Positions 54,263-64,000 of a stretch of DNA of 64,000 nt are shown in pieces. The first letter of the stretch is position 1. Every line of letters starts with the position of its first letter. The position numbers and the translations under genes are program-made. Origin of the DNA: Eutreptiella sp. 'Long Island Sound 2002' (lineage: Eukaryota > Protista > Euglenida). The stretch covers positions 193,192,001 to 193,256,000 of the forward strand of contig OZ038378.1 in the NCBI GenBank assembly GCA_964036045.1, written 5' to 3'. The notes under the pieces were generated by a model that saw only the letters and a program-made list of their open reading frames with translations, did no database searches and had not been told where the DNA came from.

Positions 54263-54680
54263 CTAGGCGGCTGAGTTCCCCGCGCAACTGTGCGCTGCGC
54301 TAACCCCCCCCCCCCCCACCCGCCCCTCCCATTGTGCTGACGCACTATGGAACCATGGCATCACTGTCATTTTGAGGGGTCCTACATATTGGTGTTTGAC
54401 CCGACTCCAGGCTTTCCTACCGCGCTCCACCTTAACGCGTGCCAGTGAGATCTTCTGGAAGTCATTCACCGTGTTGAGGCCTGCAGGGTTGAAGTGTGTG
54501 GGCACCCTGCAGATGCCGATGTTGACGTTCCAACATTGGATCGAAAAAAGGCTGTGCACTACGGCCATCCGACACCATAAACAAACCATTGCTTCTCAAA
54601 AGGACACGCGTGATCAACAACAACAACGAACGAGATGAGCCCAAAGCACACAAAACATAGAACACACCGTCTAAGTGCAA
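54263..54680 (-). pseudogene. RNase H remnant of a YR/DIRS-type retroelement
   Basis: Frameshifted LGSSRSLLLLITRVLL and IGICRVPTHFNPAG resemble the GRSxS and VPSxxNPAD motifs. Confidence 0.4.
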
Positions 54681-55220
54681 CTACCCCCCCTCTTTACCCC
54701 CCCAATGTCGTGAACTGCCGAGCATTGCTGCATATGCATACCGGGGCGTGTATGTGTAGAGCGCTTCTTGACTTGTGTGCGGCCAATGTTGTGACATTTC
54801 CCCCCCCACCGGGGTCGGGGATGGTCCCCAACGGGGGGGGGGGGTTTGCAACATACAATATGAGCACTACAACTGTAGCAGTTTCAGTCTAACTTAAGGA
54901 AATTTTTTATGCGCCCAGTGTTTCCTATGCTTTTTGGGCCAAATCACGCCCCCCCCCCCCCACCCTCCCCCAAAAGGGGGGGGTGGCAAGGTAGGTGTCA
55001 AGGCAGCATGCATTTGTGGCAGGAAAGCTACAACAACGTTGTATGGATTTGTGCCGTGGATAACCAGGTGGACCACCTGGTGCAAGCACCTTACCGTTGG
55101 TGACTCAGTTTCAATTGCCTTTGACCATTCTTCATGGATCTGCAACATTTGTTCATTCATTTCGGTGATTTGTCCCCTACGATCTCCATTTAAGGCGCGC
55201 ACGTGCACTGTGCCCACACT

Positions 55221-55230
55221 GTTGTTATTA

Positions 55231-55307
<77 letters not shown>

Positions 55308-55325
55308 GTTGTTGTTGTTGTTGTT
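55221..55325. repeat. (TTA)n/(TTG)n microsatellite
   Basis: Directly visible. Confidence 0.97.
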
Positions 55326-55588
55326 ATTTCCTTAGCCTTCCAGTTTGTTTTGTGCTCTGGTAGCACACCGGGATGCCTTTGGGCGTGACAGCTCTCACCC
55401 CATTTCCTGGTATTAGATATAGCTAGCAGGTCCTTGCTGGTGTACTGTCCACTACCACACCGTCTTGTAGGACAATCGTAGCACTGGGCAGCTCTGATCC
55501 TTGATTTTGAGACATTTCTCGAGTGCCTTCTAACGAGCAAGTTGCGGCGGCTCATCATGGCTTGAACCCCCCCCCCCCCAAAAAAAGA

Positions 55589-55630
55589 TTTTCTGAGGGT
55601 CTATTTTTTTCGAGTGTCTATTTTTTTTCG
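55589..55630 (+). other. Two tandem genomic copies of the euglenid spliced leader
   Basis: TTTTCTGAGGGTCTATTTTTTTCG followed by AGTGTCTATTTTTTTTCG, compared with the Euglena [28 protein letters not shown]. The second copy matches the last 18 nt exactly. Neither is followed by a GT donor. Confidence 0.92.
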
Positions 55631-55637
55631 GCACCTC

Positions 55638-56474
55638 ATGGATCATGCATCACAAGTGGACGCTCGGATTGTGTCCAACTCACTAACTACACCAACACTC
55701 CGGCAGCCGCTCCCGGACAACGCCGGGCCGCTGGCGGACTCTCCCAAGAGCATCCCACGAAGCATCGACAGGAGATGGCGGATGATACCAGGGGACGGCA
55801 GGATCGTCGGCAAGGCAAACGCCAAGGCCGACAACCGGCCTCACGCTGATCTACTGCCGCAGAAGAGTTCTGACAAAATTCCCAATTTTATGCTGCAGTT
55901 TGGATACCCATTTGCACGGGACCCCAAAAACCCTCGAAGTGGGAACGGAGATCCTGAGCCCAATTCAGCTTTCAAGTTTGGTGACCAAGACGTGCAGCGC
56001 AATGCAGGAGACAACATACCTAATGAGCTAGAAGTGCAACGCAATGCAGGAGGCAACGTTCCTAATGAGCTGGAGGTGCAGCGCACTGCAGGAGGCAGCA
56101 TTCCTAATGAGCAAGAAGTGCAGCGCCATGCAGGAGGCAACATTCCTAATGAGCTGGAAGTGCAGCACAATGCAGGAGGCAACGTTCCTAATGAGCTGGA
56201 AGTGCGGCGCAATGCAGGAGGCGACATTCTTAATGAGCTGGAAGTGCAGCACAATGCAAGAGGCAACATTTCTAATGAGCTGGCAACAAGCCCCGCGCCC
56301 TGTCGCGGAGGGTCTCACTGGTGTTATGCCACCGGTGAGAACACGGACCTATTCCCCTCCAAGCGCCCCATCTTTGGATGTGTGAAGGATGGGTTTGACG
56401 TCATTATGAAGATCAGTAACACCCCAACCGACTGCCGCGACAGCCCGCAGGATCCGGGGGGAGGATTCAAATGA
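55638..56474 (+). CDS. Intronless retrocopy ORF (278 aa) with seven 14-aa repeats (VQRNAGGNVPNELE), function unknown
   Basis: ATG lies 7 nt after the second SL copy. 42-bp units span 55992-56285 with no frame disruption. Confidence 0.7.
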   Translation: MDHASQVDARIVSNSLTTPTLRQPLPDNAGPLADSPKSIPRSIDRRWRMIPGDGRIVGKANAKADNRPHADLLPQKSSDKIPNFMLQFGYPFARDPKNPRSGNGDPEPNSAFKFGDQDVQRNAGDNIPNELEVQRNAGGNVPNELEVQRTAGGSIPNEQEVQRHAGGNIPNELEVQHNAGGNVPNELEVRRNAGGDILNELEVQHNARGNISNELATSPAPCRGGSHWCYATGENTDLFPSKRPIFGCVKDGFDVIMKISNTPTDCRDSPQDPGGGFK

Positions 56475-57531
56475 TCAATATTGAGAGGATTAATTGATTG
56501 TCTTGGACATGCGCGTAGTTGAGCCCCGTTGCTCGGTTGCATCTGGACACCTGTCAGGAGCAGTGGCCGAATGCGGCTCCAGTGGAAATGTCACCGGCAC
56601 ATCAGGAGTTAGATGATCAGTTTTGAGCCTGCTTCTTTTCAACATGCCGAGCCGACCAGGCAGTGACCAGTATATATATATTTTACATTTTGTTTGATTA
56701 CATGCAGCCGAACTTGATGCTTCAGGGCCCCTCCGGCCCTGACCCCACTACCCGCGGTTTCTGTAAGTGTTGGCAATGACCTGTCAGCCTTCGCTCTCTC
56801 TGAGTGTCGCTGACGTTTGGGCAGGGGCGTAAAGCTTCCTATGGCCCGCTGTTGGATTCCCCAAGACCGAATGAGTGTCGGGGAGCACTGTAGAGCCTCT
56901 GCAACGCTTTTAAGCTTCACTTGTGGGTCTCCAGCCGGGGGAACTCCGAAGGCATGATATTACATTATGTCAAGGTGCAATGATATCGAAGTTGAGATCT
57001 TCATGTTGAGGATCGCTTGAGGTAGCATATTTTTAGGTGCTATAGTATTGGTGTTTCGTAAGCAGAGCAGACCTGTGAGCAGGTACACAAAGGAACATTC
57101 CAGTCGTGATTAATGCACAATACGAGGAACTGATTGAACTTTGCGTGGCAATGACCGGTCGCCTGTGACACGGGGGCGTTCGGTAGCCAAGTATCCGTTG
57201 CTTCATGGCCCAAAAAAAAGAAGGGTAGAAGGGTAGTTCCGGTCAGCGTGTTGTTCCGTGTTTGAGCCTGGGTTAGCTTTCATGTCACCACACATTGTCC
57301 ATTCCTTCCTCCTTCCATAAAGGCGCTGTGAAACTTGTCGCAAAGTGGATTTGCACTGATTAAAGTCTTGTACCATGTCTTGGTGTTTGTGTGGGGCTTC
57401 CCCATAGCATCATAGTAGTTGCTATATACCATAGAACCTTTTGTGTCCTTGTTGTGGCGGTGGGGCCTGCCCAGCCTCTACTCATGAGAGAGCACTTAGG
57501 AGCGATGATCATGTGGATATTGGCCAGGAAA

Positions 57532-58411
57532 CTAAAGTTTCGCAAGATCCCCGCTTAGAGCTTTTCTGTATTTTAAGCCCCCCCCCCCCCTCGGTGCTCT
57601 ACAATGTCTAAGGCGATGCACGAGGACAATGGTCAACCATAGGCCGCGGGCCCAAATGCAGTGAACGAGGACCTCTAGAAATTCCGCGATTGGGTTATTG
57701 GATTGTTCAAAATGGTCAAACGGTAGGCCAAATACGGGGAGTTGAGCCCCCAATGGCAGCTGGAGGAGGAATAATACCTCGTTGAAATGGGGGTGGATGG
57801 CGACGACCCAAAGCAGTTCGCCGGGGTAGCTGGTGTGGAGCACTTGGACCGAGGAAAGCTGCTCACAACGATGCGCGTCTAGGAGGTACGCAAACACTTG
57901 CGCGCCAATGTCAAGGGCCATTGGTGTGGGCCATCGCCTCTGAGGCCGGGCAGCTTGCCCACGCGATTTTTCCTGACAGGCGGTGCACGGTGCGCCGCTA
58001 ATACCCGCACGTCGTCAACGAAACCCATAAAGCAATCATACCTGACGTATATTCCGGGGAGGATGAGATTGACCACGCCATGCCGCTCAGGTCCTGGCCC
58101 ATCCATTGTATATGGGTCTGGGCTTCCATGATAGACTTTGGGCTGATTCTCCACCTGTCCTCCACAAGTAGGTTCCGCAAGCGCTGCATGGTGGTCTCCA
58201 CCTCCTGCGGGTCTAGCGCTGAAATGAGGATGTCATCGAAGTACACTGTCACCTCCCATCTTGTGGGTCCCATCCACGCCAATGTCTTGGAGAGGAGCTC
58301 CGTCGCCATAATGGGATTGTACGTCCATCCGAGGCAGGCTGTGGAAGCTGTAGATATATATGTATATGTATGTAAGCTTTGCGAACCGCACCTTTGAATG
58401 AACATGCGCAC
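57532..58411 (-). pseudogene. RT/RNase H fragment of a second YR (DIRS/VIPER-type) retroelement
   Basis: LGWTYNPIMATELL, VTVYFDDILI, RWRISPKSIME...IQWMG; followed by a frameshifted RNase H-like stretch. Confidence 0.75.
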
Positions 58412-58726
58412 ATCACTGCTTTTTGCCCCCTTTCCCCGTTATTCCGTGCCCGTTTGCCCGTTTGCCGTGCTTACTTCGCCAAAAAATAAAGAAAATTACA
58501 AACACGCAAAATGTAGCTCGAGTGGTTGCTAACGCCCCTTAGATTCGCAAAATTTTTTTAAATTCACGTGCATATTAGCATATCTCGTGCGCACATCTCG
58601 TGGGCATTCGCATGTAGTTCCCATTCGCGCGAAAATCACACGAAGATCACGCGAATATGCACAATGTTTTGTATGTTCAGCACCTTTCCATGCTTTCGTC
58701 CCCGTGCAGCTTTGATTTCTCTTGCA

Positions 58727-61700
58727 ATGGCCCTCTCGCAACATGGCAGCCTGCCCGACCCGGCCGCCGACACCCACGCCCACTTCCTGGCCCTCCCCCG
58801 CCGCCCGCACACGATGGAGGAGGCCACATACACGGGGGGCTTGCTGGTGGGGGAGGTGATGGAGTGGGCAAAGGGTTTGGACCCCTTCCCCACCCTCATC
58901 CATATTGACATGAGGGAACCCGAGCGTGCGGGTGCTCTTCGCAAGAAGGGGTGGGCCACAGACCTGTGGCAACAACTGCAGCTGGCCCTCCCCAAGAATT
59001 TCCGTGTTACTTAACGCACCCAAGTACTTTGCATGTTATAAGATTTACACACTTAGGAATTAGCTTGCTTGTAGTGAAGCTTGTACATTGCTGTTTGTTG
59101 TGGCAATTTTTGTTATGTGACGCGGGTGCACAAGCAAGATGCGGAGGCCAAGTGGCAAGAATTCGCTACTCCATGTGCCGCCCTCCGCCACGTCAAAGTC
59201 AAAGGTGCCCCCTCAACTCTGCAGCAAGTGCACATTGAGCGCGCCGCAAACAATTCCAGGCCCCGCAATGGCTTTGAGTTCTCATTGAAGCCCCCTAACG
59301 CCGCCTTGCCACATCAACCCCCCAAGTCCCAAGCCGCCTCCCCTCCCACTACGACACAATCCATCAGCAGCTTTGTTGAAGTTTTGAGTTCGTCGTATTG
59401 CAGTAGTTGCCGCGGCAAACTATGTGGGGTGACGAGCTCGTGCTCCCAATGCAAACGGGGTGTCCATGAGCATTGCTTTGTCACGGTGGAGGGTGAGGGG
59501 CACCGTTGGTGTTTTGCGTGTGCCTGTATAGGTTGTGAAAAGCTTTTGGGTAACACTGATATCCAACAGTGCAAGCAATGCAAATGCTATGTGCATGTTG
59601 AATGTGCACTTGATGGGTTGTGTCTCCAGTGTGCTTAACCCATATGCCCGCCTTGCCCTCCCGCTACCAAAACTCGTGCATTCCATACTTCATGGCAATC
59701 CGGGCGCCCCTAACGGGTGCACACACAGTCCCAGGATGTACCAATGCCTATTCCATTGAGCCGGAGTACCCGCCGATTGTTGGCTCCCACAGGACTTGTG
59801 CATGCAGCTATACCCTCACTTACTGCCAATGCACAAGAACAAGCAACTTGGCTTTGGCGAAGCATGCAGAACCACCAGATGGCGCCTGGTATGACAACTG
59901 GGTGAAAAAAAATTATGGGGTGGACCCGCTGCATGCTGACCATTCCATAAATTGCACAGCTGTGGCCGTGTTACATTTGCCAGCCCTACCACCATTTCCG
60001 GGTCATGTCTCACTACTTGATGCCGTTCGGACAATTGGGGCACGTGTTGATGCTTAACAACTTCGTCATGCGGATCTGTTTCGGCGGGTTTATGCTCTTC
60101 CTGACACGATTCAGCGTACTTTTGTCAGATTCCCAATGGACATTGTGCGGCAGAATGTGCTATCTCTCCGTTGGCAACCAATGATGCTGTCTCAACTACG
60201 GCGTGGAACCAAACTGGACCACTTGAAACTGCTAAATACAATACGGCATGTGCAGCAGGCAACTCGTCATGATTTACCACTGTGTGTGGATATGAAGATT
60301 CACTATGAGCTCTTGAAATTCCTGTATGGGTGGAGTTACACATCCTGGAACTTCCAGTTGCACTGGTCAAGCCTCCCCCTCATCTATGGAGTTTGGCACC
60401 CGTACACGCATATGATCACCATGCTTTACCGCAACTTTATGCCCATTATCTGTCTGATTGAGAGAGTACCCAGCGATTTCAAGGAAGGGGATGCGGTACC
60501 AACAAAGGTTAAGCTGCTTCATATGGAGAAGACAATACTGGCGCTTTGTCTTAATGCTGGCACTTTTCTACCAAGAGTTCAGGCCAAACTTGATGCATTC
60601 GCCGTTGCGGCGCAGAATGGACCATTGAACGACATGCAGTCTAAAAGCAAGGAGCTACTTTTGGGGTTGAAGGTGTTGTTGAAGGAGTATTGCCCTGCTG
60701 CATTTAGGATTGGTGTCCTTGTGAGAGACTGCAATTGGGTTGGTAGAGATCCGGGAAGTGGGAAGAATGCCTTGGCAGTGCTGGAGTCCTGTTTGTTGGT
60801 TATGCTTTCTTTGGTGGGGGATCAATGGGAGAATGTGGAGTACATCAAGACATTAGTTGGTGCTCTGGTCACATGGCAGCGTTGGCACTCTCGAACGCCC
60901 GGTTGTATTCACAGTGAGGAATATGGGGAGGCTATATTGAGCAGGTTGTGTGCACAGTGCCGGATATGGACTACCATCTGACATGACTACACCAACCTCA
61001 ATGGGAAACCATGGGGGCACAGTCACGAGCTGCAGCCCGTATGCATACCCTGGCTTCGCCGAAATCTGTATCTTACTTCGAACTTGGTCCACTGTGGCCC
61101 CTGGCACTTATGAACTGGCCTTTTTGATAAAAAAAAACGGATATGGACTACCATCACATCCCTGAGTGGCACTTCCGAAATTTTTGTAGCATTGTGTCAG
61201 ATCCTGACAGGGAGGAAGAACCTGCGGTTCTCACTGACAGAGAAGTGTGTGAAGCGGTATGGGTCCAATCTGAGGAAGTTTATTCTGAGTGTGTCTGTTG
61301 CATCCTTGCCCATTGTACAATGGAAGCCGCCACCCCTTCGGGTAGTAGAAGCAGTTGTGTTGCGTAGTGTAGATGACCTTCGGTTTCCTAGTACATTTGC
61401 AGCTGTTCCACCACGTAGCGTTCTTTTCAGTGTGTTCCACAAATATATTAGGACCTTTCTTCGTAAGAATCCCCCAAGCAATGACCTTCTTACGGTTCTA
61501 CAGCAAACAGTGCCCCCATCAACGATTGCCGGGCAACGGAATGTGGATATCCAGAGAGTGATGCAAATTACCCGCCTGCCGAAGCCCAAACCCAAACCCA
61601 AACCCAAACCAGGGAAACCGGTTGCACGACCAGGCGCCCCTCACCCCCCCCCCCCCCCCAGACACGGTGCACCCATCGCCAAACCTGCCGCAAGGAATCC

Positions 61701-61794
61701 AAAAGCACCAGCCAAACCTGGCCCACAGCAACCGCAGAATAGGGTGCAGCCTCCGAATGGGGGGGGGGGTGCGGACAATGCGAGCGATGACTAG
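58727..61794 (+). mobile_element. DNA-transposon coding region: PHD-like Cys-rich domain (about 59390-59635) followed by a DDE-like transposase (59620-61794), tentatively Academ-like; disrupted
   Basis: CSSCRGKLC...CSQCKRGVHEHC...WCFACAC...CKQCKCYVHVEC. The transposase frame carries WYDNW, LCVDMKIHY, LIYGVWHPY and HSEEYGEAILSRL, with a stop at 60055-60057 and a retro-insertion at 60979-61137. Confidence 0.55.
60979..61137 (+). mobile_element. 159-bp retroposed insert with an A9 tail and a perfect 18-bp TSD
   Basis: CGGATATGGACTACCATC at 60961-60978 and 61138-61155; removal joins CRIWTTI to TSLSGTSEIF in one frame. Confidence 0.88.
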
Positions 61795-62689
61795 GATGAG
61801 GGCCCCGAGGTGGCCTTGTTTGCAGTGCACAGTGACAGTGATAGCAGTAGTGTGTCAGACGATGACGACATAGTAGCTATTCTGGATGAAGAGGAGGTTT
61901 TTGGACAGGATACTTCACAATGGGACTGACATAGATTGTTGTCTTCACAATGTACCAGATACTGTCCCTTGATTCTGGTGTTTTTGCTTGGAGTGGCGAA
62001 ATTTCACCACATTTGAGATATTTGGTGTTTTCAATATTGCTTTTAGCACATTTTGGTATGAGACGCGAAATTTCGCTTCCTTTTGGGTTTTGTGTGTTTT
62101 GAGACTGTTTCCCACAGGGTATTGTTACATTGCTGCCACCTGTACCACTGATGTGCTATTCATTTTTTTGTGTGATCCAGACTCTCATGATTTTGACTGT
62201 TACATTTTGCTGAGACTGTCTTGATGTGTGATTTCAGCTGCTCTGAGCAGAATTCCTAGATTTCCCCTTGCGGAGGCTAAAATTTGAGAATAACTGGTCC
62301 GGAAACAAGCAAATCACCGCTGTCTATCAATGTGATCCTTGCCCAGAGCACCCTGATTTCCTCCAGGCCCCCACTGTCATGTCATCTGTACCCCCAAAAT
62401 CAAACACCAATGTGCCTGTGGCCCTGGAGCCACCCGTATCATCACAACCCTCGCATGGGGTCCTCTGAGGGCCCCAGTCAGCGGAATTCGCACAGCCGGG
62501 GGAACAAGAAGGCCATTGCGAAAACAGTCACACTAGCAGATGCCGTACAGAAGACAGTGGTGTTATCCCACAAGGTCCTGCGGGCGGATGTCAACCGCGA
62601 GCATGGGCAAATCCGGAAGGTCAGCGAGACTAGACTAAAGCTGCGGCTGGAGGATTTGGCAAGGGTACCTCCCGTGGGGATCATCAAGG

Positions 62690-64000
62690 GATTACTGGTC
62701 TGGCCTATACCACATCACAACAAGCCCTCCGCATGTCGATGCTTTTACATCAATACGGGGACGGTGCGCTGGTATGCCACCTGGACATTGCAAAAGCCTA
62801 CCCCAGCATGCCCCATGAGTGCCTCACCTAAGGACTCCAGTTGATTGGAACCCCATCCCGCATCTACAACATGGTGGCTAGCATCTACGCGCACAGCACG
62901 GGGGTGTACGGAGACGTCCGTTTTCCGTTGCGTCGTGGCATCAAGGAGGGGTGCCCCCTGTCCCCAGCCCTTTTTGTTCTAGTGTATGAGGCCTTCCACC
63001 AGACTCTCACTAGGGAATTTCCCAACAGCACCATACTGGCCTATGTCGACGACATCGCCATCATCTCCCCGAGCCAACGGGACATGCAGCACGTCCTGGA
63101 GCGCGTCAGTCAATTGTCTGCCATACTGGGCCTCAAGACGAACCCTTCAAAGACACAGGTGTACCGTTGGGCCCCACCCTCCCGCCGTCAGGGTGTGGCA
63201 CGACGAGAGTCCCCGACCAGGGACACCATCACGTGGGGCGATGCGCGATTGCCGCTGCAACCCCCTATCTTCCACTACCTCGGTCACCTCCTGGCACATC
63301 CGACCTGGGAACAAAAGGCACGTGATGACTTCGTGGGGACGGCCGCACCTGATCTAGCGCGATACCAATACCTGCCACTGAACGCTTTCGAGCGGGTGCA
63401 GCTGCTGAACACCATCTTGATCCCACGGTGGACGTACCGCACCTTGTTTCTCCCCAACGACTCAATGTTCAAAGCCATGGACTCCATGTGCTTGCGGTTT
63501 GTGCTTATGGCGGAGGGCATGGAACTCAATAAGGTCGACGTTCACAAATCATACAACGTCCTCCATGTCACTTCTCCTCACCGACTGGGCGGAATGGGGT
63601 TGCACCAACTGTTCTGGGCCCACAGGGCACGCTTCACCACAATGGTACAGAACACGTTACGTTCACGTCCGGGATCCATTGGCTGCAACCTTAGCAAAGA
63701 ATTGCCCTCCCGAGCGGTGCCTATTCGCAACTACTTGGCTATACTCACCCAGCTAGGTGCTCGCACTGCACTCCACATAGCACTTCCGCCGCGGCCGGCC
63801 GGGGGACCCAACCTCATCGACAGTGAAAGCTCCGATGACGGCGTCCTCTTGTTTGCCGCAAGGAGCAGGTGGGGGATGCCCTCCACACGCGCCACTACAT
63901 TGCCCCACACCGGTACCACGAAGACCCCTCGGCAGGCACGGTACCTGCGGGATACCACCCTGTCAACATCGCGGGCATTCCGTGCTACTCAAACAAGCAA
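62690..64000 (+). mobile_element. Non-LTR retrotransposon (LINE) reverse transcriptase, 5'-degenerate, running off the window end
   Basis: HLDIAKAYPSMPH, RRGIKEGCPLSPALF, LAYVDDIAII, LGLKTNPSKTQV, FHYLG, RVQLLNTILIPRWTY, LGGMGL. In-frame TAA near 62829; open from about 62832 to the end. Confidence 0.92.

Noticed and set aside
55589-55630. SL RNA gene
   Set aside because: Neither SL copy is followed by the GT donor and SL intron; an ORF follows instead. The same applies to 44753-44768.
56639-56920. Tc1/IS630-like HTH or Fanzor-associated ORF (MKLKSVAEALQCSPTLIRSW)
   Set aside because: Only a short HTH-like stretch; no DDE or RuvC motifs or TIRs nearby.
55577-57221. TSD for the double-SL retrocopy (CCCAAAAAAAGA at 55577-55588 versus CCCAAAAAAAAGA at 57209-57221)
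   Set aside because: Short, low complexity and without a separate A-tail; it could be chance, so the 3' boundary is left undefined.
58500-62300. Terminal inverted repeats for the Academ-like element
   Set aside because: Only TAG/CTA-level matches were found; no convincing TIR or TSD.

Overview
TE-saturated eukaryotic nuclear DNA, almost certainly from a photosynthetic euglenoid. The evidence is a tripartite plastid-targeting presequence on HemD, copies of the euglenid spliced leader (SL), and GT-AG introns; the species cannot be fixed from this window. Host genes: the 5' half of a six-exon DEAD-box helicase (RRP3/DDX47-like, minus strand), an intronless plastid HemD/UROS, and a three-exon membrane class III cyclase-like gene that appears to lack catalytic residues. 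The rest is nested mobile DNA: a decayed VIPER/TATE-like tyrosine-recombinase retrotransposon (YR upstream of RT/RNase H) interrupted by a Harbinger/IS5-like element, hAT-like elements with 6-bp TSDs, a CACTA-like element, a tentatively Academ-like transposase with a PHD-like finger, a LINE RT, MITEs and microsatellites. The most striking signal is mRNA retroposition. Two intronless ORFs start directly behind genomic SL copies, one of them behind two tandem SLs (55589-55630). Three insertions carry A-tails and 18-23 bp TSDs, and one places an SL-led ORF in frame with a TE-borne Tudor-like ORF. All assignments were made by eye from motifs and hand translation; no database search was run.
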